64,000 bases of DNA, taken from NCBI GenBank assembly GCA_036396535.1, contig DASWKR010000083.1:17492-81491 (forward strand), written 5' to 3'. The position numbers and the translations under genes are program-made. Below, in pieces: positions 20,204 to 29,745 of the stretch. The first letter of the stretch is position 1, and each line of letters opens with the position of its first letter. The stretch is from Acidimicrobiia bacterium (GTDB taxonomy: Bacteria; Actinomycetota; Acidimicrobiia; Spongiisociales; UBA5794). Below the pieces are notes generated by a model. It worked only from the letters and a program-made list of their open reading frames with translations. It was not told where the DNA came from and did not search any database.

Positions 20204-21379
20204 ATGGCTCGCGAGTTCCTGCTGCCCGACATCGGTGAAGGCCTCGTCGACGCCGAGGTCGTCAAGTGGCACGTCGCCGTCGGCGACGTCATCGCCGTCG
20301 ACCAGGTCGTAGTCGAGGTGGAGACTGCGAAGGCGGTCGTCGAGATCCCGAGCCCCTACGGCGGCACCGTTCTCCGGCTGGGGGCCGCCGAGGGCGAGAC
20401 CATCGACGTCGGCAAGGTGCTCATCGTCGTCGGCGACCCCTCGGAGCTCGGTGCCGAGCCGGAAGCCCCCGCAGCACCGGCAGCCACGCCTGCCCGGTCG
20501 GGAGGCGACTCGACACCTGCGAGGCCGGCCGCCTCCCCCGAACCGAGGGCCATGCCGATCGTTCGCAAGATGGCGCGCCAAGCAGGTGTCGACCTGGCCG
20601 CGGTGAGCGGAACGGGGCCGGGTGGCGCCGTCACCCGGCGGGACATCGAGGCTCACCTGGCCGACGGGGGCACCACCGCGCCCGCGGCGACGTCCGGAGA
20701 CGACGAGCGCGTCAAGTTGTCGAGGACGCGCCGGACGATCGCCGAGCACATGGAGCGGAGCTGGCGGGAGATCCCGCACGTCACCACGTTCCATGAGGTC
20801 GACGGGACCCGGATCCTCGAGGCGCGTCGTGCCCTGGAGACGCGGCTCGGGGCCCCGATACCGATCGAGGCGCTCGTCATCAAGGCCGTGCTGCCTGTGC
20901 TCGCCGAGTTCCCGGAGTTCAACGCCACCCTCGAAGGGGACGAGCTCGTCATGCACCGCAGCCACCACGTCGGCATCGCGGTCGACACGCCGGACGGACT
21001 CATCGTGCCGGTCGTCACGGCCGCGTCCCAGCTCGACGTGGCGGGCCTGGCGGCGAGGATCATCGACCTAGCTGTCCGGGCGAAGGCCAGGAAACTCACG
21101 CCCGGAGAGACGAGCGGGTCGACGTTCACGGTCACGAACATCGGGGCGATCGGAGGCACCCACGGCACTCCGATCATCCCGCACGGCACCACGGCCATCC
21201 TGTCGATCGGACGGGCGAGGCAGGCGCCCGCAGTCGTCGGCGGCGCCGTCGTCGCCAGGACCACGCTGCCGATCAGCCTCTCGTTCGATCATCGCGTGAT
21301 CGACGGCGCCCTCGGCCAGCGATTCGCGGCCCGGCTCGCAGAGAACCTCGCCGAGCCGGCGCTCTTCCTGGCCGGCTGA
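20204..21379 (+). CDS. 2-oxoacid dehydrogenase E2 (dihydrolipoamide acyltransferase)
   Basis: Lipoyl domain LPDIGEG...VETAKAVVE, subunit-binding domain, FDHRVIDG catalytic motif. Confidence 0.9.
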   Translation: MAREFLLPDIGEGLVDAEVVKWHVAVGDVIAVDQVVVEVETAKAVVEIPSPYGGTVLRLGAAEGETIDVGKVLIVVGDPSELGAEPEAPAAPAATPARSGGDSTPARPAASPEPRAMPIVRKMARQAGVDLAAVSGTGPGGAVTRRDIEAHLADGGTTAPAATSGDDERVKLSRTRRTIAEHMERSWREIPHVTTFHEVDGTRILEARRALETRLGAPIPIEALVIKAVLPVLAEFPEFNATLEGDELVMHRSHHVGIAVDTPDGLIVPVVTAASQLDVAGLAARIIDLAVRAKARKLTPGETSGSTFTVTNIGAIGGTHGTPIIPHGTTAILSIGRARQAPAVVGGAVVARTTLPISLSFDHRVIDGALGQRFAARLAENLAEPALFLAG

Positions 21380-21384
21380 AGCCT

Positions 21385-21837
21385 TCAGAGCCTGGCGGCC
21401 CCCTCGAGGCGCGCCACCTCAGTTGCCACCGTCGTCGGATCGCGACCTGCTGCGTCTACGCGCACGGTCTCGGTTGCCGCCGTGCTCGACCCGGCAGCTC
21501 CGCCGTCGTCCAGCCAGATGACGCGCCGCACGCCTGCCTCCCGCATGGCGTCCTCCCACGCCGCCATGACCGCATCCTCGGATGCCGCGAACGAACGTTC
21601 CCTGGCGTCTCGAGCTGCAGTCGCGACGAGGACGGCGCAGAACACGTCGCGCGCCGCTGCGCTGACATGAGAGCCGTCCGACACGTCACCGAGGGCTACC
21701 TTCAAGCCGCGCCGGCGGAGCCCGTCCGCCGCTTCCGGGCTCGAGACGAATGCTCTGATCTCGCTCTCGCGGGGGAGGAGCGCGTCGAGCACCGCCTCCC
21801 CGAGGTCCGTGTCCGCACCGATGACGATGACCGGCAT
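21385..21837 (-). CDS. NAD(P)H-binding NmrA-like protein
   Basis: N-terminal VIVIGADTDLG Rossmann-like motif, VALGDVSD. Confidence 0.65.
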   Translation of the reverse strand: MPVIVIGADTDLGEAVLDALLPRESEIRAFVSSPEAADGLRRRGLKVALGDVSDGSHVSAAARDVFCAVLVATAARDARERSFAASEDAVMAAWEDAMREAGVRRVIWLDDGGAAGSSTAATETVRVDAAGRDPTTVATEVARLEGAARL

Positions 21838-21963
21838 GGAGTCCGAGGCTATCAGCCGTCCCACCGGCGGCGGCCTCCCGTGGCTCTCCGGGGCTCGAAC
21901 GAGCGGCCCGGCCGGCTTTGGGGAATCGCAGCTCGACCCGTACAATCGCTCACTCACGGATTC

Positions 21964-21977
21964 TGCGCATATGCGCA
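21964..21977. promoter_or_regulatory. Perfect 14-bp palindrome TGCGCATATGCGCA, putative operator of gltB
   Basis: Lies between a TACAAT -10 hexamer (21941-21946) and the AAGAAAGG RBS of gltB. Confidence 0.5.
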
Positions 21978-22000
21978 TAACCAAGAAAGGCGAACTGCGT

Positions 22001-25000
22001 TTGGCGCTGCCGCTCTACGACCCGGCCGGGTTCCGCGACGCCTGCGGTGTCGGGTTCGTCGCGGATCGCCACGGGCGGCGGACCCATCGGCTGGCGCGGC
22101 TCGCCGTCGAGTGCCTCCACAACCTCGACCATCGCGGGGCACGAAGCGCAGACGGGACGGGCGACGGAGCAGGGATCATGACGAGGATCCCTCACCGGCT
22201 CATGGCGAGAGAGCTCGACGCCAGAGCTCTGGCGGTCCCCGAGCTCCTCGGCGTGATGATGACCTTCCTGCCGCGGAGCGACGCAGATCGCTGCCGGAAG
22301 ACCGTCGAAGCAGCCGTCGAGTCGGAACAGCTCGACTTCCTGACATGGCGGCGCGTCCCGGTCGGGCCGATGGCGCTCTCCGACACGGCCAGGGCTTCGG
22401 TTCCGATCATCGAGCAAGCCCTCATCGCGGCACCGGCCGGCATCGACGAAGAGGAGTTCGAGCGGCAGCTCTACTTGGCGCGCCGGGTCGCCGAGCGCCG
22501 CGCCGCCGCCGACGAGATCGATGGCTTCTCGATCCCGTCCGCCTCCTGCAGGACGATCGTCTACAAGGGCCTGTTCACCGCGTCGTTCATCGAGGCCTTC
22601 TACTGGGACCTCGCCGACTCGATGTACGAGACGGACTTCGCCATCTTCCACCAGCGCTACTCGACGAACACGTTCCCTGCGTGGGCGCTGGCGCAGCCGT
22701 TCCACACGATCGCCCACAACGGCGAGATCAACACCGTCCAGGCAAACCGGTCGTGGATGGCGGCCCGCAGCAACGACCTCGACTCGGCCGTGTGGGGATC
22801 CCGCACCCAGGACCTCAAGCCCCTCGTCGAGTCGACCGGGAGCGACTCGGCGAGCCTCGACGACGCATTCGAGGTCCTCATCCGGTCCGGCCGCTCGGTA
22901 GCCCACGTCAAGGAGATGCTGATCCCGGCAGCCTGGGAGAACGTCTCCGACCTCGCCCCGGAGCTGCTGTCGTTCTATGAGTACCACGCCTTCCTGACCG
23001 AGCCCTGGGACGGCCCGGCGGCGATCGCCGCCTCGGACGGCAGGCACGTCATCGCCGGCCTCGACCGGAACGGCTTGCGCCCTTCGAGGTGGACCCTCAC
23101 CCCGGACCTGGTGATCGTCGCCTCGGAGGCGGGCATCGCTCCGGCCGAGGAGATCCAGGCATTGCGCACGGGACAGCTCGGGCCCGGCGAGACGATCATG
23201 GTCGACCTGACGACGGGCGCCGTTTCGTTCGACGGGGAGATCAAGTCGGCCCTGGCCGCGCGAGCGCCATACGGCGAATGGATCCGCACCAACACGAACT
23301 ACGTGCGTAACCCGTTCGACGATCAGCAAGACGAGCTCTTCGATCCCGCCAGGCTGGCGAGGGTGTTCGGATATACCAACGAGGAGCGCCGGCTCATCCT
23401 GGAGCAGATGACCGCAGGCGTGGAGCCGGTGCTCTCGATGGGCCACGACACCGGCCTGGCGGTGCTGTCCGGGTTCCCGCAGCGCCTCTCGCGTTACTTC
23501 CACCAAGCGTTCGCCCAGGTGACGAACCCACCGATGGACCCGATCAGGGAGCGGCTCGTCATGTCGCTTCGCTCGTATCTCGGCAGGCGCGGGTCGCTTC
23601 TCGAGGAGACGGAGCAGCAGGCCCACCTGATGGAGCTGGCGTCGCCGGTGTTGAGCGACGCCGAGGTCCAGCGCCTCCGCTCGTCGTCGGACCCTGCGTT
23701 CGAGTCGGTCTGGCTCGAGGCGTTGTTCCCGGCGGAGGAAGGCGCCGGCGGGATGGTCGAGGCGGTCGGGCGGCTGTGCGACGAGGCGGAAGCGGCGGCC
23801 GCAGAGGGCGTGACGATCCTCATCGTCTCCGACAAGGAGGTCGATGGGACGCGCGCCCCGATCCCCATCCTCCTGGCGGTCGGAGCCGTGCACCACCGGC
23901 TCGTCGAGACCGGGCTGCGGATCCGGTGCTCGATCATCGCGGTCTCTGGTGAACCGCGCGACGCCCACGATGTCGCCTGCCTGATCGGCTTCGGCGCCTC
24001 TGCGGTCAATCCATACCTCGCCATCGAGGAGGTGCGGGCGATGGCCGAGCGCGGCGACGTTGCCCTCGATGCCGTCGCCGCCCAGGAGGGCTACCGGGAG
24101 AGCCTCGAGAAGGGCTTGCTGAAGATCATGTCGAAGATGGGGATCTGCACGATCACGGCATATCTCGGCAGCGAGCTGTTCGAGGCGATCGGGCTCGACG
24201 AGGAGGTGTGCGAGCTCGCCTTTCGGTTCGTGCCGAGGAGGATCGGGGGCGTCGGCTTGGACAAGATCGCCTCGGACGCTCTCGGACGGCACGCCGCCTT
24301 CGCGGCGGGGGAGGAGGAGGTCGGGGGCTACTACCGCCATCGCTCGGGTGGGATGACCCACATCAACGGCCCCCGAACCGTCCTGGCGCTCCAGAAGGCG
24401 GTCCGAAGCGGCCTGCGTTCGGACTGGGACGCCTATCGAGCCGTCGTCCAGCAGGACAGGGAGCCGCTCGAGATCCGCGACCTGCTCGACTTCCATCCGG
24501 CCGCGGTGCCCGGCCCGATCGACGAGGTCGAGTCGATCGACCGGATCATGCGCCGCTTCACGACCGCGGCCATGTCGCACGGCGCCCTCTCGAAGGAGGC
24601 TCACGAGACGCTCGCCGAGGCGATGAACTACATCGGAGGCCTCTCGAACAGCGGCGAGGGAGGTGAGGACCCCGCCCGGTACGGCACGCCGCGCAATTCG
24701 CCCATCAAGCAGGTCGCCAGCGGGCGATTCGGCGTCACACCCGGATACCTGGCGTCTGCCGAGGAGTTCCAGATCAAGATGGCTCAGGGCTCCAAACCCG
24801 GCGAAGGTGGCCAACTCCCGGGCCACAAGGTCTCCGGAGAGATCGCCACGCTGCGTCACACGGAGCCGGGTGTCACCCTCATCTCACCCCCTCCCCACCA
24901 CGACATCTACTCGATCGAGGACCTCGCCCAGCTCATCCACGACCTGAAGGCGTTCAAGCCGCTGGCGAGGGTGTCGGTGAAGCTGGTGTCGGGCCCGGGC

Positions 25001-26395
25001 GTCGGCACGATCGCGGTCGGCGTCGCCAAGGCGCTCGCAGACGTCGTGCTGATCTCGGGAAACTCGGGCGGAACCGGCGCATCGCCTCTCGTTTCGATCA
25101 AGCACGCCGGCTCTCCGTGGGAGCTCGGCTTGGCCGAGGCACACCAGGCGCTCGTGGGCGACGGCCTGAGGCACACGATGACCGTCGAGACGGACGGGGG
25201 CATGCGCACCGGCCGCGACGTGGTCATGGCGGCGCTGCTCGGTGCCGACCGGTACGGCTTCGGAACCGTGGCGCTGCTCGCCCTCGGCTGCAAGATGGTC
25301 AGGCAGTGTCACGAGAACACGTGCCCGGTCGGGATCACCACCCAGCGCGAGGATCTCCGGGCAAAATACGCCGGCTCGGTCGAGCAACTCGTCGTGCTCT
25401 TCAGGAACATCGCAGAAGACGTCCGCGAGCACCTGGCGATGCTCGGCGTCCACACCCTCGACGAGGTGATCGGGAGAGCGGATCTGCTGACTGCCCGGGT
25501 GTCGGGCGACCCGATCGCCGCGCAGTTCCTGTCGCTCATGGCGCGCCCGGAGGCCTTGCTCGACAACCGTTTCGGCACGAACCGGAGCTTCAGGACCGTG
25601 GCGAGGAGCCGGGTGGGGGAGCAGCTGGCGCTCGAGGGGAGGCGGGTCATCTCGACCGGAGCCTCCCTCGAACTGGCGTACCCGGTGCGCAACACGGACC
25701 GCGCCGTCGGCACCAGGCTCTCGGGTGAGATCGCAGAGGTGCACGGCGACGACGGCCTCCCGGATGGAACGATCAACGTTCGTCTCAGCGGCACCGCGGG
25801 TCAGAGCTTCGGGGCGTTCCTCTCCACCGGTGTGGCGCTGCGCCTCGTCGGGATCGCCAACGACTACGTCGGCAAGGGCATGGGAGGAGGCCTCATCTCG
25901 ATCAGGCCGGAGGCCGGCGAGCCGGGGGCGGCGGCCCACGGAGCAGGGAACGCCTGCCTCTACGGGGCGACGGGCGGTGCCCTCTACGTGGCCGGCACGG
26001 TCGGCCAGCGCTTCGCGGTTCGCAACTCGGGGGCGACCGCCGTCATCGAGGGTGCCAGCGACCACTGTTGCGAGTACATGACGGGCGGTCGCGTCGCCGT
26101 CATCGGTCCGGTGGGCCGCAATGTGGCGGCCGGCATGACCGGGGGCGTCCTCTACGTGTGGGATCCGGAGGCCAAGCCGCACTTCGCCGAGTCCGCCCCC
26201 ACGGCCGCACGGCTCGAGGACGGGGACGCCACCGAGGTCAGACAGATGCTGCACGACCACATCGCCGAGACGAGGAGTCGGGTCGCCGAGCGCATCGTCG
26301 ACCGCTGGGACGAAGCCCGGCACGAGTTCTGGGTGTTGAGAGCGAACACGCCGATCGCCGACGACCAGCCCGTCCTCGACGCTGCGGTGGGCTGA
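22001..26395 (+). CDS. gltB: Glutamate synthase large subunit
   Basis: CGVGF N-terminal nucleophile, HQRYSTNT, QVASGRFGVT, KMAQGSKPGEGGQLPG, CKMVRQCHENTCP 3Fe-4S motif; TTG start after RBS (alternative ATG 21971). Confidence 0.95.
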   Translation: MALPLYDPAGFRDACGVGFVADRHGRRTHRLARLAVECLHNLDHRGARSADGTGDGAGIMTRIPHRLMARELDARALAVPELLGVMMTFLPRSDADRCRKTVEAAVESEQLDFLTWRRVPVGPMALSDTARASVPIIEQALIAAPAGIDEEEFERQLYLARRVAERRAAADEIDGFSIPSASCRTIVYKGLFTASFIEAFYWDLADSMYETDFAIFHQRYSTNTFPAWALAQPFHTIAHNGEINTVQANRSWMAARSNDLDSAVWGSRTQDLKPLVESTGSDSASLDDAFEVLIRSGRSVAHVKEMLIPAAWENVSDLAPELLSFYEYHAFLTEPWDGPAAIAASDGRHVIAGLDRNGLRPSRWTLTPDLVIVASEAGIAPAEEIQALRTGQLGPGETIMVDLTTGAVSFDGEIKSALAARAPYGEWIRTNTNYVRNPFDDQQDELFDPARLARVFGYTNEERRLILEQMTAGVEPVLSMGHDTGLAVLSGFPQRLSRYFHQAFAQVTNPPMDPIRERLVMSLRSYLGRRGSLLEETEQQAHLMELASPVLSDAEVQRLRSSSDPAFESVWLEALFPAEEGAGGMVEAVGRLCDEAEAAAAEGVTILIVSDKEVDGTRAPIPILLAVGAVHHRLVETGLRIRCSIIAVSGEPRDAHDVACLIGFGASAVNPYLAIEEVRAMAERGDVALDAVAAQEGYRESLEKGLLKIMSKMGICTITAYLGSELFEAIGLDEEVCELAFRFVPRRIGGVGLDKIASDALGRHAAFAAGEEEVGGYYRHRSGGMTHINGPRTVLALQKAVRSGLRSDWDAYRAVVQQDREPLEIRDLLDFHPAAVPGPIDEVESIDRIMRRFTTAAMSHGALSKEAHETLAEAMNYIGGLSNSGEGGEDPARYGTPRNSPIKQVASGRFGVTPGYLASAEEFQIKMAQGSKPGEGGQLPGHKVSGEIATLRHTEPGVTLISPPPHHDIYSIEDLAQLIHDLKAFKPLARVSVKLVSGPGVGTIAVGVAKALADVVLISGNSGGTGASPLVSIKHAGSPWELGLAEAHQALVGDGLRHTMTVETDGGMRTGRDVVMAALLGADRYGFGTVALLALGCKMVRQCHENTCPVGITTQREDLRAKYAGSVEQLVVLFRNIAEDVREHLAMLGVHTLDEVIGRADLLTARVSGDPIAAQFLSLMARPEALLDNRFGTNRSFRTVARSRVGEQLALEGRRVISTGASLELAYPVRNTDRAVGTRLSGEIAEVHGDDGLPDGTINVRLSGTAGQSFGAFLSTGVALRLVGIANDYVGKGMGGGLISIRPEAGEPGAAAHGAGNACLYGATGGALYVAGTVGQRFAVRNSGATAVIEGASDHCCEYMTGGRVAVIGPVGRNVAAGMTGGVLYVWDPEAKPHFAESAPTAARLEDGDATEVRQMLHDHIAETRSRVAERIVDRWDEARHEFWVLRANTPIADDQPVLDAAVG

Positions 26396-26558
26396 CGCAG
26401 CGTCTGGCCTGGCCTGCGGGGGGTCTGCGGGAACGGAACCGGTCCGTCGGCGCCTTCGTATCACTATGGAGGGCTCGCCGGGGCGGAGCCGGTCTTCCCC
26501 GCACTCCCACAATCCGCCCCGGCGAGTCACATCACGCCCGAGCCGTTACTCTTGGAGG

Positions 26559-27146
26559 ATGCCAGGCAGACCTCCGGCTACCACCCGCGACGCCCTGTTC
26601 GATGCGGCTCTCGCCCGTTTCGAGGAGACGGGGGTCCAGGCGACGTCGCACGCCGACATCGCTGCCGAGGCGGGCATCGGACGCACCACCTTCTACGAGT
26701 ACTTCGGGAGCATCGAGGACCTCATCGTGCAGCTCGTGGAGACGCGCCTGCCGGATCTCGTCTCGGACATCCTGACCGACGTCGACGACGGGTTGCCGCC
26801 GAGCGCTCGCTTGGCGGAGCTGGCGACCCGCATGATCGCCTTCGTCGGCACCGACCCGATCGGCCTCGTGCTCCACACCGAGGTGGCACGGCTGTCCGAC
26901 CACGCCCAACGCCGGATCCAGGATTCCCACGCAGACCTCTCGCGAGCGTTCCGCGACGTGTACGGCGACGGGGTGGCAGCAGGTGTGTTCCGGGAGCTGC
27001 CGGGACGGCTGGCCGGGATGCTCATCTACGAGGTGATCATGACTGCCGCCCGCGAGCTCAAGGCGAGCCCCGATCCGAAGCAGCGCGTGCACGAGGTGTC
27101 GGACGCCGCCACCGAGTTCCTGCTGCGAGGCCTTCACCTCGGCTGA
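26559..27146 (+). CDS. TetR/AcrR family transcriptional regulator
   Basis: HTH SHADIAAEAGIGRTTFYEYFGS. Confidence 0.88.
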   Translation: MPGRPPATTRDALFDAALARFEETGVQATSHADIAAEAGIGRTTFYEYFGSIEDLIVQLVETRLPDLVSDILTDVDDGLPPSARLAELATRMIAFVGTDPIGLVLHTEVARLSDHAQRRIQDSHADLSRAFRDVYGDGVAAGVFRELPGRLAGMLIYEVIMTAARELKASPDPKQRVHEVSDAATEFLLRGLHLG

Positions 27147-27173
27147 GGCCGAGGCCTTCACCTCGGCTGAGGC
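27126..27173. repeat. Exact 24-bp tandem duplication (CGAGGCCTTCACCTCGGCTGAGGC x2) spanning the TetR stop codon
   Basis: 27126-27149 is identical to 27150-27173. Confidence 0.9.
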
Positions 27174-27203
27174 CGAGGCTCTGTGCGTGGCCCCGGGGTG
27201 TTG

Positions 27204-27221
27204 CTACTATGGCGATAGTAG
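27204..27221. promoter_or_regulatory. Inverted repeat CTACTAT-GGCG-ATAGTAG overlapping the sufB -10 (TACTAT); putative operator
   Basis: Perfect 7-bp arms, AT-rich in a GC-rich background, 44 bp upstream of the sufB ATG. Confidence 0.6.
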
Positions 27222-27264
27222 AAATTGCCGCGGACGCCTATCCGGCAAGTTGGAGTGATCCTCG

Positions 27265-29658
27265 ATGGCAACCGTTGATGTCGACCTCGGCAAGTACCAG
27301 CTCGGCTGGTCCGACAAGCAGGACGACTACGTGTTCAAGCCGAAGAAGGGCTTGAACGAGGAGATCATCCGCGAGATGTCCCGCATCAAGGACGAGCCGC
27401 AGTGGATGCTCGAGTTCAGGCTCAAGGCCTATCAGCGGTTCCTTCGCAAGCCGGTACCCACCTGGGGAGGCGGCGGGCACCTCGACGAGATCGACTTCGA
27501 CGACATCTACTACTACATCAAGCCGATGACCGGCCAGGCGAAGGACTGGGACATGGTTCCCGAGTCCATCAAGGAGACGTACGAGAAGCTCGGCATACCT
27601 CAGGCCGAGCGCAAGTACCTCGCCGGCGTGACGGCGCAGTATGAGTGCCTGCGCGGTGACGTGAGGGTGTACACGACCGCACGAGGGCTCGTCCCGATCA
27701 AGGACGTCACGCCGGGTGACCAGGTCTTCTCGCTCGACGAGAGCACAGGAGAGTTGACCGTCGCTCCCGTCAAGCACTCGGCGCAGACCGACGTCCGCCA
27801 GACCTACCGAGTCACGATCGGGTCCCGCTTCGAGCGGGTGATCCACGCAACGGACAACCATCCGCTCCTCGTCCTCGCCGAGGCACGGAGGCCGGGGGCG
27901 CCTCGGGCCCGGCACACGGAGTGGAAGACCGTCGGCGAGCTGTCGGTCGGGGACCTCGTCGCAGTGGCCCGGGATCTGCCGGACTTCGGCGAGTCCCACG
28001 CCCTGATGCCGCACCGAGAGAGCACGGCGGCGTTCCCGTCCGAGACGAGCCGCGACCTCATGTGGCTGCTCGGGCTCTGGTACGGCAGCGGCCACACCGC
28101 AGCGGACCATCCCACCCACCTCGTCGAGTTCATGATCCCCGAGGCGCAGGGCGTGCTGCGCGCCCAAGCCCTACGCGTCATCGAGTCGCTCTTCGACGGC
28201 GGGGCCACGACGACGGACTCCGCCCGGATCGCGGTCGACTCCGAGGCGTTGGTCGAATGGCTGGAGATCAACGGGATCAACGGCGATGTGCTCACCAAGC
28301 GCCTCCCGGTGTGGGTGTATGGACTCCCGGCCGGTGAGCGGCTCGCCTTCCTGGGAGGTTGCATCGACGCAGGCGGCCAGGTCGAGGCGGCTGACCGCAC
28401 CTCGTCGGAGTCACTGCTGGATGACGTGGCCGAGCTCGCACTCCTGTGCGGGTTGAGGATGGCAGGTCCGTGGCGCTTCGAGCACCCGACCGTGAGCCTC
28501 GCCGCCCACGAGACCAAGACGCTCGGCTTCGCCAGGGTGGTCGCGGTCGAGGAGGCGGATGTCGCTCCTGTGTACGACATCGAGATCGACGGCCCGCACA
28601 ACTTCATCGCCGAGGGCATCGTCGTGCACAACAGCGAGGTCGTGTACCACCGCAACCGGGAGGACCTCGAAGGCCTCGGCGTGTTGTTCATGGACACGGA
28701 CACGGCCCTGCGCGAGCACCCCGACATCGTCAAGCAGTACTTCGGGACGATCATCCCCCCGAACGACAACAAGTTCGCCGCCCTCAACTCGGCGGTCTGG
28801 TCCGGCGGCTCGTTCATCTACGTGCCGCCGGGGGTCCACGTCGACCAGCCGCTGCAGGCCTACTTCAGGATCAACGCGGAGAACATGGGCCAGTTCGAGC
28901 GGACCCTGATCATCGTCGACGAGGGCGCTTACTGCCACTACGTCGAGGGCTGCTCCGCCCCGGTCTACTCGAGCGACTCGCTCCACTCGGCGGTCGTCGA
29001 GATCGTCGTGAAAGAGGGCGGCCGCTGCCGCTACACGACGATCCAGAACTGGTCGAACAACGTCTACAACCTGGTGACGAAGCGGGCGGCGGCGTACAAG
29101 AACGCCACGATGGAATGGATCGACGGCAACCTCGGCTCCAAGCTGACCATGAAATACCCTGCGGTGTGGCTCATGGAAGAGGGCGCCCATGGTGAGGTGC
29201 TCTCGATCGCCTTCGCAGGCAAGGGGCAGCACCTGGACGCCGGCGCCAAGATCGTCCACGCCGCCCCGAACACGACGTCGTTGATCACCTCGAAGTCGAT
29301 CTCGAAGGACGGTGGACGCGGCGGGTACCGCGGCCTGGTGCGGGTCGAGAGCGGCGCCGAGAACGCCCGGAGCTTCGTGCGATGTGATGCGCTGATCCTC
29401 GACGAGGACTCGCGGTCCGACACCTACCCGTACATGGAGATCGAGGAGTCCAACACGCAAATCGGCCACGAGGCCACCGTCTCGAAGGTCGGCGACGAGC
29501 AGCTCTTCTACCTGATGAGTCGCGGGCTCACCGAGGCGGAGGCCACCGCGATGATCGTCGCCGGGTTCATCGAGCCGATCGTCAAGGAGCTCCCGATGGA
29601 GTACGCGGTCGAGCTCAACCGGCTCATCGAGCTTCAGATGGAGGGCTCGGTCGGCTGA
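27265..29658 (+). CDS. sufB: Fe-S cluster assembly protein SufB, intein-containing
   Basis: GLNEEIIREMS, AQYE|SEVVYH interrupted, QFERTLII, HYVEGCSAP, ELPMEYAVELNRLI. Confidence 0.95.
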   Translation: MATVDVDLGKYQLGWSDKQDDYVFKPKKGLNEEIIREMSRIKDEPQWMLEFRLKAYQRFLRKPVPTWGGGGHLDEIDFDDIYYYIKPMTGQAKDWDMVPESIKETYEKLGIPQAERKYLAGVTAQYECLRGDVRVYTTARGLVPIKDVTPGDQVFSLDESTGELTVAPVKHSAQTDVRQTYRVTIGSRFERVIHATDNHPLLVLAEARRPGAPRARHTEWKTVGELSVGDLVAVARDLPDFGESHALMPHRESTAAFPSETSRDLMWLLGLWYGSGHTAADHPTHLVEFMIPEAQGVLRAQALRVIESLFDGGATTTDSARIAVDSEALVEWLEINGINGDVLTKRLPVWVYGLPAGERLAFLGGCIDAGGQVEAADRTSSESLLDDVAELALLCGLRMAGPWRFEHPTVSLAAHETKTLGFARVVAVEEADVAPVYDIEIDGPHNFIAEGIVVHNSEVVYHRNREDLEGLGVLFMDTDTALREHPDIVKQYFGTIIPPNDNKFAALNSAVWSGGSFIYVPPGVHVDQPLQAYFRINAENMGQFERTLIIVDEGAYCHYVEGCSAPVYSSDSLHSAVVEIVVKEGGRCRYTTIQNWSNNVYNLVTKRAAAYKNATMEWIDGNLGSKLTMKYPAVWLMEEGAHGEVLSIAFAGKGQHLDAGAKIVHAAPNTTSLITSKSISKDGGRGGYRGLVRVESGAENARSFVRCDALILDEDSRSDTYPYMEIEESNTQIGHEATVSKVGDEQLFYLMSRGLTEAEATAMIVAGFIEPIVKELPMEYAVELNRLIELQMEGSVG
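27646..28632 (+). mobile_element. Intein (329 aa) in SufB with degenerate LAGLIDADG homing endonuclease
   Basis: Starts CLRGDVRV; block B ATDNHP; ends VYDIEIDGPHNFIAEGIVVHN followed by Ser; LLGLWYGSG and FLGGCIDAGG are decayed LAGLIDADG motifs. Confidence 0.93.
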
Positions 29659-29745
29659 CCGGCGGTGCGCGCGCCCCCGAATCTGTCACACCCGACGCGT
29701 ATGGTTCGCGCCAATCGCCCGGTTCGATGTCAAGGAGGCGCTGCA

